Of a DNA stretch of 64,000 bases, positions 36,627-47,118 are shown piece after piece (the first letter of the stretch is position 1; each line of letters begins with the position of its first letter). The DNA is from Candidatus Thorarchaeota archaeon. GTDB lineage: Archaea; Asgardarchaeota; Thorarchaeia; Thorarchaeales; Thorarchaeaceae. The translations under genes and the position numbers were made by a program. Under the pieces are notes generated by a model. That model had not been told where the DNA came from, made no database searches, and saw only the letters and a program-made list of their open reading frames with translations. Where the stretch lies: the NCBI GenBank assembly GCA_004524565.1, contig SDNZ01000001.1, forward strand, positions 12,455-76,454, written 5' to 3'.

Positions 36627-38876
36627 GTGAGGAATTACATGACGAGCCTAGAAGAACTTACCATCAATAAGAAAATAATTAGCCATCTTCAGAGTCTCGG
36701 AATAAAGGAACTATTCCCACCACAAGAACAGGCCTTTGGCACAGGAGTCTTGGAAGGTTCTAATCTTGTGCTGGCAGTTCCCACTAGCTCTGGAAAGACA
36801 TTGGTAGCTGAAATTTGCATGTTGAAGACAATTCTAGACGGGCGTGGAAAGGCACTATACCTTGTTCCTTTGAAATCTCTTGCTCGAGAGAAATATTCTG
36901 ATTTCAAAAAGTACGAAGAGTTAGGCATCTCAATAGCAATGTCTGTAGGAGATTTTGATTCATCCGGAACGAAACTTGGGGAGGCGGATATTATTGTCCT
37001 CACTACTGAGAAAGCTGATTCGTTGATTAGAAATAAAGTGGATTGGATCAATGATATCGGCATAGTTGTAGTAGATGAAGTTCATCTCATCAATGATCGA
37101 TCAAGAGGCCCAACATTAGAGATGGTTCTTGCCAAGTTAAGACAAATGTTAGAAACTCAAATTGTTGCATTGAGTGCTACAATATCAAATGCAAGTGATA
37201 TTGCGGAATGGCTTGACGCAGCACTTGTAAAGAGTAATTGGAGACCTGTTCCACTAAGTGAAGGGGTGTATCTTGATGGAACTATAGATTTTGAAAATCT
37301 TGAAACGAATCAAAGATCAATCAAAAACATACGCCGTGTTCGTAAGGAAGAGATTGCGGATATAGTCTGCGACACACTTGATGAGAAGGGGCAGGTTCTT
37401 GTTTTCGTATCTAGTCGAAAATCAACAATTTCTATGGCAAAGCGTTTAGCCCCATTTCTTCGAAAATATCTCTCAGATGATGCACTCAGGCTGCTAGTAC
37501 AAATCGCAAAGAAAATTGGTAATAAAACCTCAGCTCCTGAGATATCTAAGATACTAGGAAAACTGGTTGCTTCTGGTGTAGCTTTCCATCATGCTGGGCT
37601 TGATAACCAAGAACGAGCTCTTATTGAAGATGCGTTCAAGGAGAATCTGTTGAAAGTAATTGTAGCTACACCTACTCTTGCAGCAGGAGTAAATCTTCCT
37701 GCAAGAAGGGTAATCATTCGTGATTATCGACGTTTTGAGCAGAACCGTGGAAATCACCCCATCCCCATACTTGAATACAAACAGATGGCTGGTCGAGCTG
37801 GTCGACCCAAGTATGACAAATATGGTGAAGCAGTCCTTATTGCTAAGACTGAAGATGAAAAGAATGCTCTTATCGATCATTATATTCTCTCAGAACCAGA
37901 GGAAATATTCTCTAAATTAAAGTCGCAATCTGCCCTAAGGGCTCATCTACTAGCTGCAATTGCTACAGAACTAACGAATAATCGTAAAGAAGTTGATGAA
38001 CTCATTTCAAATACATTCTTTGCCAGTAATAATGAACAACGTAAAATCAACCACCACGTATCTTCTGCTATTGAATTTCTGAATGAAGGCCGGCTTATTG
38101 AAACAACACCCTCAGATTTGTACACTGCAACTGCTTTAGGTAAACGTGCATCACGATTATACATCGATCCACAGACTGCAATCATGTTTCGAGATATACT
38201 GTCAGAGTCTGAAACTCATACCATTTTTGGCATCTTGCATATGATTTGTCATACACCTGATCAACCAGTGACCTACATAGCACAATCTGAAATAGAAGAC
38301 ACAGAAGTGTTCATTGAAGACCATTTCAAGGAACTCATGATTGAATATCCTGATGAACTGGATACTGGTTATACTGAATTCCTAGGAGAAATAAAAACAG
38401 CTAGGATACTTCAAGAATGGATTTTGGAAACTACTGAGAAAGATATTACCGAACGTTACAATGTGGGTATGGGTGATGTCCACAGATTTGTACAATCTGC
38501 AGAATGGTTAATTTATGCAGCTTCAGAAATAGCCCGAATAACTGACTGCCCTGGACACATCCCTTCACTACGCGGTCTCCGTTCAAGGTTAAAATATGGT
38601 GTACGTGCGGATATCTTGGAGCTTGTGAATCTGAAAGGTATTGGTAGAATTCGAGGAAGAATGCTTCACAATCAAGGTTTGTCTAATCTTACTGAACTAT
38701 ACAAAATACCGGTTGAAGAACTCGCAAGAATTCCGACAATCGGTACCACAATTGCAGAATCAATAAAAAAGCAGCTGGGAGTAGAAGTAAAATCATCCAC
38801 ACCTCATATTGAACCCATAGAAGATACAGAAGATTCGGATTCAATTCAGACCTTGCTTGAAGATTTCACCTCATAG
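36627..38876 (+). CDS. hel308: Hel308/Hjm Ski2-like DNA helicase.
   Basis: 'AVPTSSGKT' motif I, 'DEVHLI' motif II, a C-terminal HhH domain ('LKGIGRIRGRML'). 749 aa. Confidence 0.85.
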   Translation: MRNYMTSLEELTINKKIISHLQSLGIKELFPPQEQAFGTGVLEGSNLVLAVPTSSGKTLVAEICMLKTILDGRGKALYLVPLKSLAREKYSDFKKYEELGISIAMSVGDFDSSGTKLGEADIIVLTTEKADSLIRNKVDWINDIGIVVVDEVHLINDRSRGPTLEMVLAKLRQMLETQIVALSATISNASDIAEWLDAALVKSNWRPVPLSEGVYLDGTIDFENLETNQRSIKNIRRVRKEEIADIVCDTLDEKGQVLVFVSSRKSTISMAKRLAPFLRKYLSDDALRLLVQIAKKIGNKTSAPEISKILGKLVASGVAFHHAGLDNQERALIEDAFKENLLKVIVATPTLAAGVNLPARRVIIRDYRRFEQNRGNHPIPILEYKQMAGRAGRPKYDKYGEAVLIAKTEDEKNALIDHYILSEPEEIFSKLKSQSALRAHLLAAIATELTNNRKEVDELISNTFFASNNEQRKINHHVSSAIEFLNEGRLIETTPSDLYTATALGKRASRLYIDPQTAIMFRDILSESETHTIFGILHMICHTPDQPVTYIAQSEIEDTEVFIEDHFKELMIEYPDELDTGYTEFLGEIKTARILQEWILETTEKDITERYNVGMGDVHRFVQSAEWLIYAASEIARITDCPGHIPSLRGLRSRLKYGVRADILELVNLKGIGRIRGRMLHNQGLSNLTELYKIPVEELARIPTIGTTIAESIKKQLGVEVKSSTPHIEPIEDTEDSDSIQTLLEDFTS

Positions 38877-39935
38877 CAATGGAGAAGTTTTTGTTACCTG
38901 GTCAATAAGATCTTTAGTATATTGCGTGCAACTCTCACTCTCTGTATGTTTCTCATCGAATTCGGTAATTTCTATTCCGATTAATTCTTCGAGTAGATTC
39001 AACGAACACATTCCCATGACAGTCAGATCATACCCTCCTTCTAAGAAACATGCCAGCTTGCCTGAGGCATGAGTGGTTGCAATGTGGTTTAGTCGATTAT
39101 TCATCATAGAGAAACCTGATGTAGTAAGACCTAGTGAGGTTAGTGGATCTTTGTAATGTCCATCAAATCCGATAGATGTCAGTATGAACTCAGGTTTGAA
39201 TGATTTTGCTAAAGGTTCTATTACTTCAGTAAATGCTAGCTCATAGGATTTGTCACCAGCACCTGGATACATTGCCAAGTTCAAAGTATATCCCTGACCT
39301 TTACCTGTCCCTATCTCATCAGGAAATCCTGATCCTGGAAAGAGAGTTCGACCGTCCTGATGCAATCCAACATACAAAACCTGATTTGAAGAATAAAATG
39401 AGTTCTGAGTACCATTTCCATGATGAGCATCATAATCAACTATCATGATACGATCTAACTTATGATTTCGAATAAGATGATTTGCTGCAACAGCGATGTT
39501 GTTGATGAAACAGAATCCAAATGCACGTTCGATTTCTGCATGATGTCCAGGAGGGCGACATAAAACGAATGCATTACTGGTAGATCCAGCCATTATTCTA
39601 TCAACAGCATTAACTCCTCCCCCTGCAGCTAGTAATGCAGCTTGGAAAGTATACTGATTAACAGCAGTATCTAAAGTGTAGAAGCCCCCACCCTGCTCTG
39701 ACTTCTTTCTTATCCCATCAAGATAATGCTTATCGTGGATGCTATAGACTGTATCCAAGCTCACGGGTTCAGGTGTTAGGAGATTAAGTCTATCATTTTC
39801 AATGAGTCCTGCTTTTTTTGCATAACTCATTGCACTTCTCAGTCTATCTGGACTCTCAGGATGTCCCATAGACATCTCATGTTTTAGAAATATATCATGA
39901 TAAACAAGATCAGTCACCATCAGTAAGGTCTCCAA
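38871..39935 (-). CDS. Histone deacetylase / AcuC-family deacetylase.
   Basis: 'RPPGHHAE', 'VDYDAHHGNGTQ', 'GFDGHYKDPL' are arginase/deacetylase-fold motifs. Confidence 0.8.
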   Translation of the reverse strand: METLLMVTDLVYHDIFLKHEMSMGHPESPDRLRSAMSYAKKAGLIENDRLNLLTPEPVSLDTVYSIHDKHYLDGIRKKSEQGGGFYTLDTAVNQYTFQAALLAAGGGVNAVDRIMAGSTSNAFVLCRPPGHHAEIERAFGFCFINNIAVAANHLIRNHKLDRIMIVDYDAHHGNGTQNSFYSSNQVLYVGLHQDGRTLFPGSGFPDEIGTGKGQGYTLNLAMYPGAGDKSYELAFTEVIEPLAKSFKPEFILTSIGFDGHYKDPLTSLGLTTSGFSMMNNRLNHIATTHASGKLACFLEGGYDLTVMGMCSLNLLEELIGIEITEFDEKHTESESCTQYTKDLIDQVTKTSPLL

Positions 39936-40075
39936 TCCATAGAATACACCGAACCATCTGATAAATCTGAAGGAAAGAGGTGATTCTGTGAAAGTCTTGA
40001 GATTATTGGAACATGTGTTCTAATTATACGCTAGGCAATCTTTATCTTGGAATCACGTAACGGCATCATCAGCAT

Positions 40076-40183
40076 GGGTCGGTAGTCTAGCTTGGTATGA
40101 TTCTTGCTTGGGGCGACTAAGGAATTACGCCTCTAGTCACAGAATGCAAGAGACCGGGAGTTCAAGTCTCCCCCGGCCCACCA
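40076..40183 (+). tRNA. tRNA-Pro(GGG) with a canonical 31-nt intron after position 37.
   Basis: Acceptor GGGUCGG/CCGGCCC-A-CCA. T-arm GGGAG-UUCAAGU-CUCCC. Anticodon stem CUUGC/GCAAG enclosing UUGGGG + 31 nt (40114..40144) + U. Confidence 0.7.
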
Positions 40184-40204
40184 TTGATTCCATAATCCTA
40201 AATT

Positions 40205-40765
40205 CTAGGAAATTGTCCATAGTGTTTCATAAATAGGACCTGAAGGGGTCAATGTGCTCTTTTTCATACTTAATTTTGATACGGTCATAGGACCAATTGG
40301 TTGATTTACTAAATCATCAAGGTTGTTGGCAAGTTGTTCAGCGTCTTTGATATAACGGACCCTTGCAATAGTAGCATGAGGAGTGAATTTCTGTTTCTCA
40401 GGTTGGTATCCCAATTCCTTCAATCGTGAATCAACCTCCATGATTATGCTTCGTACACGATCAGCATTCTGGGTCACACCAATCCATATCACTCGAGGCT
40501 TTCGTTTAGTGGGAAAAGCCCCCACTCCATGCACCATGATTTCGAATGGTTCAATTTTGATTTTATTTAAACACTCTCTAATCTCACCAATTCGTATTAG
40601 TGAGGTATCTCCAAAGAATTTCATAGTGAAATGGATGTTTTCAATCTCGACGAACTTCATCTTGGCAAGACTGGTATCTAGTTTCCTTTGAGTTTCGGAG
40701 ATTTGTGGTAGAAGTGCTTTGTTTTCGATATCTATACTTAGAAATGCCCTAACAAGTTCACTCAC
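40205..40765 (-). CDS. RNA 2',3'-cyclic phosphodiesterase / 2'-5' RNA ligase (LigT/ThpR, 2H family).
   Basis: Two H-x-T/S-x motifs, 'HFTMKFF' and 'HATIARV'. 186 aa. Confidence 0.7.
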   Translation of the reverse strand: MSELVRAFLSIDIENKALLPQISETQRKLDTSLAKMKFVEIENIHFTMKFFGDTSLIRIGEIRECLNKIKIEPFEIMVHGVGAFPTKRKPRVIWIGVTQNADRVRSIIMEVDSRLKELGYQPEKQKFTPHATIARVRYIKDAEQLANNLDDLVNQPIGPMTVSKLSMKKSTLTPSGPIYETLWTIS

Positions 40766-40882
40766 TTATCATCACCACATATTGGGTTATGCAATTAGAC
40801 AATATTATCCTGACGATAAATTGGTTCTAAGATAACTCTTAAAGGACTTTCACTAAACGATGCCACGGTGACTGTCTAAACA

Positions 40883-42013
40883 TTGACAAAACGTAAAGAT
40901 TCTAGCATTGAAATTCAGACTTCGCCGAAGGAAAGCTCGAAGAAATCTACAAAGAAACGAAGTATTGAAGTCCCCAGTGCAAAAAGCGTTGTTCTGAGAG
41001 ACATGGGATATCCATTCAGAATTAAAGGAGATCCAAGATCAGCAGGTCTAGAGATTGATAGTGAAGAGCTTTTTGCAGATTATGCACGTGAGCAATGGAT
41101 GGGGACAATTGTACGTCAAGGTCTCTATCTATTTGATAGATATATCATGCCGGATTATGCATTCCAAGTATTAGAAGTCGAACCTAAGGAATCAATCATT
41201 TCAAAAGACACCAAAATTCATCTAGAATCTCAATCTACTGTTACGGAATCTGTTTCTACGCGTTTAATCACCCTAGATGAAGTAGTAGGTCACGACCCTA
41301 TTAAACGAAAATGCAAACTCATTCTTGAATATCTTCAAAATCCATCTATATTTGGGGAATGGGCACCTCGTGCAGTTTTATTCTATGGGCCTCCTGGAAC
41401 TGGAAAAACAATGACTGCACAAGCTGTAGCCAATCAAGCCAATGCCAAGATATTTTTTGCCAAAGCGTCTGATTTGATTGGAGTTCATGTTGGTGATGGA
41501 GGTAGAAGAATTAGTACTCTCTTTGATGAAGCCCGAAAGAATGCACCAAGCATCATTTTCATTGACGAACTTGATGCAATCGGTCTCACTCGATCATTCC
41601 AATCAATACGTGGCGATGTGTCAGAAGTTGTAACAGCACTCTTAGGGGAGTTAGACCATACAGCTGGAACAGCTGGCGTAGTTGTCATTGGTGCAACCAA
41701 TGCATTACCACTAATTGATCCAGCAATCAAGAACCGATTCGATACCGTCTTTGAATTTGCATTACCTAGTACTGAGGAGAGACTTAGTATATTACAGAAT
41801 TACAGCAAACGTTTGCCACTAGAGATGGAGATTGATTTGCAAGAAGTTGCGAAGATGACTGAAGGTTTGTCTGGTAGAGACCTGCGAGACCGTATTCTTA
41901 AAGAATCACTTCATATTGCAATATCTGATGAATCTAGCATTATAACTTCGGAAATAGTTAGAGGAATATTGGATAAGATAAAACCCAAGAGTGGACCCAA
42001 TTATACCATCTAG
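40883..42013 (+). CDS. AAA+ ATPase with a single AAA domain and a possible CDC48-like N-domain.
   Basis: 'LFYGPPGTGKTMTA' Walker A, 'IIFIDELDA' Walker B, 'GATNALPLIDPAIKNRFD' second region of homology. Confidence 0.7.
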   Translation: MTKRKDSSIEIQTSPKESSKKSTKKRSIEVPSAKSVVLRDMGYPFRIKGDPRSAGLEIDSEELFADYAREQWMGTIVRQGLYLFDRYIMPDYAFQVLEVEPKESIISKDTKIHLESQSTVTESVSTRLITLDEVVGHDPIKRKCKLILEYLQNPSIFGEWAPRAVLFYGPPGTGKTMTAQAVANQANAKIFFAKASDLIGVHVGDGGRRISTLFDEARKNAPSIIFIDELDAIGLTRSFQSIRGDVSEVVTALLGELDHTAGTAGVVVIGATNALPLIDPAIKNRFDTVFEFALPSTEERLSILQNYSKRLPLEMEIDLQEVAKMTEGLSGRDLRDRILKESLHIAISDESSIITSEIVRGILDKIKPKSGPNYTI

Positions 42014-42019
42014 AGAAAC

Positions 42020-42583
42020 GTGATTGACTGGTGGATGATTATCCTGAAAATAATAATGATTACAGGTATGCCTGGAGCTGGAAAGAGTGAGGTGGCAAAT
42101 GCATTTCGCAATGCAGGCTATCCGTTAATTACCATGGGTGATGTCATCCGTGAAGAAACCAGAAATCGAGGATTAGAAGCAAATCCTGAGAACACCAAGA
42201 AAGTTATGCTTGAACTAAGGGAATCGTATGGTCCGGGTGCAGTAGCAATCCGTTGTCTTGATGGTCTTTGCAATCAAGAATCAAACATTATTGTAATAGA
42301 AGGTTGTAGAAGTATTGCAGAAATTGATGTTTTTGATGATTATGCAGAAGAATTAGTGATTGTCTGTGTACATTCATCTCCAAAAATACGATTCTCGAGA
42401 TTACAGGAGAGAAATCGTGAAGATGCTCCTTCATCTTGGGAAATTTTCAGGGAACGTGATGTTAGAGAAATATCAGTAGGTCTGGGTGGAGTCATTGCAT
42501 TAAGCGATATTATGTTAATTAATGAGGGGGCTCTTGATGATATACAAAATTCTGCAAAGGAACTTGTGGCGAAGTTGACCTGA
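42020..42583 (+). CDS. P-loop nucleotide kinase-like protein (UPF0200-like).
   Basis: 'MITGMPGAGKSEVANAF' P-loop (the likely true start is at 42053). 187 aa. Confidence 0.45.
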   Translation: MIDWWMIILKIIMITGMPGAGKSEVANAFRNAGYPLITMGDVIREETRNRGLEANPENTKKVMLELRESYGPGAVAIRCLDGLCNQESNIIVIEGCRSIAEIDVFDDYAEELVIVCVHSSPKIRFSRLQERNREDAPSSWEIFRERDVREISVGLGGVIALSDIMLINEGALDDIQNSAKELVAKLT

Positions 42584-42584
42584 A

Positions 42585-43007
42585 ATGAAATCTACGATTA
42601 GATGTATTGTTCATCCTACAGAGGAAGTTCAGAGAGTTGAGAAAGCAATAGAGAATATTTGGGGGCCAATTCCGCTATCAATAACAAAATTCGATGAATT
42701 TACAGAAATCTATTCATCTAACTTGAGCAGAAACAATTTTACAATACTAAGACAAATGGTTCATGATAAAAGAATACTCGATGCTGTTAGAGTACGTCTT
42801 TTAAAGAATCTTGATGAGTTTACTACATTCATGTATTTTGATAAACAAGCTGCATATGCTGGAAAATTAAGACTCCTCGATAATATTCATGAAAATCCAC
42901 CTCTTGGTTCAATTGAAATCAATTTAGAGTTCGAATCAGAGTCTCAGTTTGAAGAATTTCTTGATTGGTTTAGTCCTCGCACAAAAGATGGGCGAGTCAT
43001 ATCTTAG
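42585..43007 (+). CDS. Small conserved archaeal protein (UPF0201-like?), adjacent to the UPF0200-like kinase.
   Basis: 140 aa. Assigned mainly from the UPF0200-UPF0201 gene adjacency seen in many archaea. The sequence match is weak. Confidence 0.3.
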   Translation: MKSTIRCIVHPTEEVQRVEKAIENIWGPIPLSITKFDEFTEIYSSNLSRNNFTILRQMVHDKRILDAVRVRLLKNLDEFTTFMYFDKQAAYAGKLRLLDNIHENPPLGSIEINLEFESESQFEEFLDWFSPRTKDGRVIS

Positions 43008-44098
43008 ATTTTGACTGTTACAATATCTCGAACCAACCCACTATGAACTCTCATACTAAGCTGACGCGCAACAGTAAGACCGGCATTCTCTATAATTTGG
43101 GATAATTTCATCTCACTGTCACTGCAAAGACAAAGACATTCCCCTTTTGATTGTAGAATAGAATTTGTTTCTTCAAGCAATGACTCTATGAGTTTGATTG
43201 CCTTGGTACCTCTGGTAGAACTAGCTCGTCCATAGGGCGGATCGCTAACGATACGGTCTACAGAACTGATTGGGAGGTGTTGAGCATCTCCTTGAATTAA
43301 TGAATATTTCAAACCAATTTTACTGAGATTTACTCTGGCACCAATCAATAATTTCCAGCTCAAATCGATCCCAATAACCGAAGCTCCAATATACGAAGCT
43401 TCGCACAAAATTCCACCGCCCCCACAAAATGGATCGAGTACAATATCACCACTTTGTACCCCTGCAAGATTGCACATCACTCTAGCTAATGAACTATTCA
43501 TCATACTTGGATGAAAGAATTCTTTCTTGCCTGGTTCTCTTCCTCTCAATAACGCTCTAAGTTTTGACGTATCTGATTTACATACTATTATCCCGTCAGA
43601 CATTATTAGAACTAGAATCTGAATTGAAGGATTTCTCAGATTGACATTTGCTCCAGTAACCTGCTTGATGTGCGCACCAAGATTCCTTTCAATTTGCAAT
43701 CTCATATCCATGTCATTTTCATTCCCTACACACAAAGTCTTGACTGCAAAACTATCCTGTTTGGAAATATGAATAATCCAATCATCATCAGAGAGTCCTT
43801 TAGTTATATCATCAACTGAGCTTGACTTATACAAAATGATACCTGCATATTGAATAAGAGCAGCTCTTTTCAAGAGAAAATCTGTCGGATTTATTGGCAT
43901 CACTATTCTAGCGAAACGCCTTAACCAAGTTACTTCTTTATCAATTGAGAATTGGTTCAATAATACTTCTAGTTCTGCCTTGGCTAGTCCGATATTTTCT
44001 CCTGAAATATATGCAAAATAGGCAGTCAAGCTGTCATCACTCGTATAGATTGTCTCCACCAGAAAACACTCTTTGTAATTCTCCGTAGAGAATATCAA
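43004..44098 (-). CDS. THUMP-domain tRNA (guanine-N2) methyltransferase (Trm-G10/Trm11-like).
   Basis: 'VLDPFCGGGGILCEASYIGASVIGIDL' motif I and 'IVSDPPYG' motif IV, with a THUMP-like N-terminal half. Confidence 0.7.
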   Translation of the reverse strand: MIFSTENYKECFLVETIYTSDDSLTAYFAYISGENIGLAKAELEVLLNQFSIDKEVTWLRRFARIVMPINPTDFLLKRAALIQYAGIILYKSSSVDDITKGLSDDDWIIHISKQDSFAVKTLCVGNENDMDMRLQIERNLGAHIKQVTGANVNLRNPSIQILVLIMSDGIIVCKSDTSKLRALLRGREPGKKEFFHPSMMNSSLARVMCNLAGVQSGDIVLDPFCGGGGILCEASYIGASVIGIDLSWKLLIGARVNLSKIGLKYSLIQGDAQHLPISSVDRIVSDPPYGRASSTRGTKAIKLIESLLEETNSILQSKGECLCLCSDSEMKLSQIIENAGLTVARQLSMRVHSGLVRDIVTVKI

Positions 44099-44885
44099 AG
44101 CCTGTCATTTCTTTAGCGGAAACAGGTATAGTACCAGTTGCTGTATCCAGATTTCCAAGCATCTCAAGAATAGATTTCGAATATTCTCTACTGAGACCCG
44201 ATGCTGATTCTTCTAGGGCTTCTTCAAGAAGAAATGTTTCTTCGCCCCATTGAATAATCTCCTCAACCTCATCTTCAGTGAGAATGTCCGATTTACTGAG
44301 TAGAGCTTGCTGTGGTAGTCCAAATCTAATATTGATTGACACGCCTAGAAGCATTGAAGAAAGGTATCCCGTTGGAGTTCTGGCAATATTTGAATCAAGA
44401 AGATATAATGACATTGCAGGATCATCACCTCTAAGTCCAGATACCATTAATGGACCAGAATTTCGATATGCAAATAGCTCCATTTGTCCTGGACAGTCAA
44501 CCAAAACATAGTCTCTCTCAGTATCAAGAATTTCTTCCCGTAAATCATCAATAGATCCAACAGCCATATCCAATGAAGCAACAAGCGCGCCATTAGGTCC
44601 AAGTCCGAACTGGTTCATTACTTCACCATAGTCTACATACTCCCTAATATCGACGTCACTCGTATAGGGCGGACTTTCAACCCCTGGATCTATATTAGCA
44701 ACAGTGACGCTCAAATCTGACCCTACAAGCCACTTCTCTAACGATGCTGTTAGTAAAGACTTCCCTGAACCAGCCGTTCCAACTACAAATATGAAGAACA
44801 TTGATAGAACCATGAAGATGTGACAAACTACCTGCTTTGAGTTCTTCGGTAGGTTACTCTTTCTATCTCTAATTTCATTGTACAC
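44037..44885 (-). CDS. GPN-loop GTPase.
   Basis: 'VVGTAGSGKS' P-loop, 'GLGPNGA' GPN motif, 'LVDCPGQMEL'. The likely start is at the internal Met (MVLSMFF). It overlaps the start of the Trm-G10 gene by ~60 nt. Confidence 0.8.
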   Translation of the reverse strand: MYNEIRDRKSNLPKNSKQVVCHIFMVLSMFFIFVVGTAGSGKSLLTASLEKWLVGSDLSVTVANIDPGVESPPYTSDVDIREYVDYGEVMNQFGLGPNGALVASLDMAVGSIDDLREEILDTERDYVLVDCPGQMELFAYRNSGPLMVSGLRGDDPAMSLYLLDSNIARTPTGYLSSMLLGVSINIRFGLPQQALLSKSDILTEDEVEEIIQWGEETFLLEEALEESASGLSREYSKSILEMLGNLDTATGTIPVSAKEMTGFDILYGELQRVFSGGDNLYE

Positions 44886-44920
44886 AAGTCTTATCTGGAA
44901 TCCTAGAAATTAATCGACTT

Positions 44921-45664
44921 ATGCACTCAAGTGAGGCTCTCCAAAGGCTTGCAGAAGCAATGGCTGGCGAGATTTGTCTCGCAGAGAGCAATCCAGGTGC
45001 AATTATGAGAAGATGGCGCGAACGTTTCAATATTTCACAAAAACGTCTTGCAAAACACCTCAGTGTATCACCATCAGTAATTAGTGACTATGAGAGCGGT
45101 AGGAGAAAATCTCCACGTGTTGAAACAATAAAGAGATTTGTTGAAGGTCTCATTGAAATGGATGGAGAAGAAGGAGGTAGAGTTGCAGTAGCGCTTGAAA
45201 AACTGATAGCTCCAGAAATAGCATCAGATGCAATTATCGATAGTAGAGAGTTTGGATTTCCAGTTCCTTCAAGATTACTTGTGGAACATCTCGATTGCAA
45301 TGTTCTTACTCATCATAATCTGCTTGATAGAGATATCTATGGATATACCGCTCTTGATAGTATTCGAGCTATAGTAAGCCTGACACCTCAGCAGCTGCTG
45401 AAACTATATGGTGGTACAACGCAACGTGGGGCAATCCTAGCAAATGTATCAACTGGAAGATCTCCGATGGTTGCTATAAAAGCAAGCCAGATTGGTACAT
45501 CAGTAGCTGTAAAGCCTGCAGTTGTGATTCTACATGGAGTTAAAGAGCTTGATCCGCTTGCTGTGAAGATTGCAGATAGTATACATCTTCCCTTGTGTGT
45601 TTCCGAAATCAGTTCGACCGAAGAATTAGTACGAGAAATTAGATCTTTCGATCCACAGATATAA
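44921..45664 (+). CDS. XRE-family HTH transcriptional regulator with a C-terminal domain of unknown function.
   Basis: 'NISQKRLAKHLSVSPSVISDYESGRR'. Confidence 0.55.
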   Translation: MHSSEALQRLAEAMAGEICLAESNPGAIMRRWRERFNISQKRLAKHLSVSPSVISDYESGRRKSPRVETIKRFVEGLIEMDGEEGGRVAVALEKLIAPEIASDAIIDSREFGFPVPSRLLVEHLDCNVLTHHNLLDRDIYGYTALDSIRAIVSLTPQQLLKLYGGTTQRGAILANVSTGRSPMVAIKASQIGTSVAVKPAVVILHGVKELDPLAVKIADSIHLPLCVSEISSTEELVREIRSFDPQI

Positions 45665-45665
45665 C

Positions 45666-46982
45666 TTGCAAAAAAGAGTGATTGAAATGGAATTTGTGAT
45701 GGAAATCAATGACCCTATTCACGACTTCATTGGTATTACCAATGTAGAGGCCAAAATAATAAACTCTGGAACTTATCAGAGATTGAGACGGATAAAGCAA
45801 TTATCTGGTGGTCATTTCGTTTATCCAACAGCAGAACATACTCGTTTTGGTCACTGTATAGGTGTGATGTTTCTAGCAGGTCGTACTGGCAAGAAACTTC
45901 TGGATAAACTAAAACTCGGGAATGACGTACTTCAAGAAGTCAGATTAGCAGGGTTGTTACATGATCTTGGCCATGGTCCATTCAGTCATGTCTTCGAAGA
46001 ATCATTACTAGAGAAACAAGGAAAGAATCATGAAGATGTTACAGAATGGCTAGTGTTGAAGAGTGAAGTCGGAGAAATTCTTGAAAACGAAGGAGTTTCA
46101 AAGAAACGAATAGCAGACCTAGTTCGAGGACGCAGGACCCGAAAATATGATGGAGTTGTTAGCGGAATCGTTGCAGGCCAGGTAGATTCTGACAAGATGG
46201 ACTATCTAATTCGTGACTCATTCTATTGTGGTGTCAATTATGGTCTAGTGGATATTCATCGACTCATTGACAGTCTTGATGTGTCCAGCGATTATCAACT
46301 TCACTTTGATATAGCAGCTAGAGGCGCTCTAGAAGCATTCCTTGTAGCACGATATGAGATGTTTCTGAATGTGTATTATCATAAGACCGTACGTAGTGTC
46401 GAAGTGATGTTAGTCAAACTCATTAATGCAGCAGACAATGTACTTAATCTTACAGGCTTCAAAACTCCCGATGAATTCCTTCTCCTAGATGATATGTCAT
46501 TAGTGTCAATGGTTAGAGAAATTGATCCATCTGAATCAGAGGATGCAAAAGAAGCAGCACATATGATGGATTTGTTAGACTCAAGAATTCTCTACAAATC
46601 CGTATTTGAAAAAGTGCTTCACACTGGAGATAGATTTGTATCAAAAGTTTTCACAAAGAAAAAAGTGCGTGAGAGTATTGAAGAAGAGATAGCTTCGATT
46701 GCTGGAATTGAAAATCACGAAGTCATTGTTGATGTTCCCACTTTGCCATCAGTCCCCTATAACCCACATCAATTGGATCCAATGGAGATTGCTATCTTTG
46801 AAACAATTGATGGTAAGAAGGTTTCTCGCAATCTATCTGATTACTCCAACATAGCTGAAATGATGAAAGGCTATCTGGATGTAATCCGTGTTTATACCTT
46901 TGAAAAGAATAGAGCTAAAGTTGGTAGAGCAGCACGTGAAGTATTCCAAGAGGTCCCAGATACAGCCCTGATTCATATGTAG
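45666..46982 (+). CDS. HD-domain phosphohydrolase (dGTPase/SAMHD1-like dNTP triphosphohydrolase family).
   Basis: 'HTRFGHCIGV' and 'LLHDLGHGPFSH' HD motifs. 438 aa. Confidence 0.75.
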   Translation: MQKRVIEMEFVMEINDPIHDFIGITNVEAKIINSGTYQRLRRIKQLSGGHFVYPTAEHTRFGHCIGVMFLAGRTGKKLLDKLKLGNDVLQEVRLAGLLHDLGHGPFSHVFEESLLEKQGKNHEDVTEWLVLKSEVGEILENEGVSKKRIADLVRGRRTRKYDGVVSGIVAGQVDSDKMDYLIRDSFYCGVNYGLVDIHRLIDSLDVSSDYQLHFDIAARGALEAFLVARYEMFLNVYYHKTVRSVEVMLVKLINAADNVLNLTGFKTPDEFLLLDDMSLVSMVREIDPSESEDAKEAAHMMDLLDSRILYKSVFEKVLHTGDRFVSKVFTKKKVRESIEEEIASIAGIENHEVIVDVPTLPSVPYNPHQLDPMEIAIFETIDGKKVSRNLSDYSNIAEMMKGYLDVIRVYTFEKNRAKVGRAAREVFQEVPDTALIHM

Positions 46983-47118
46983 AATAAATTCTAGACGAGT
47001 TCCAACATATCTTGGAGCGATTTGACATTCCCAAGTGTGTCTTTTCATTCTGTGTGGAGATTATATAGTACGGATTAGATTCTAAATTGAACATTGAGTT
47101 CTCTGGGGCTGAGAGCAC

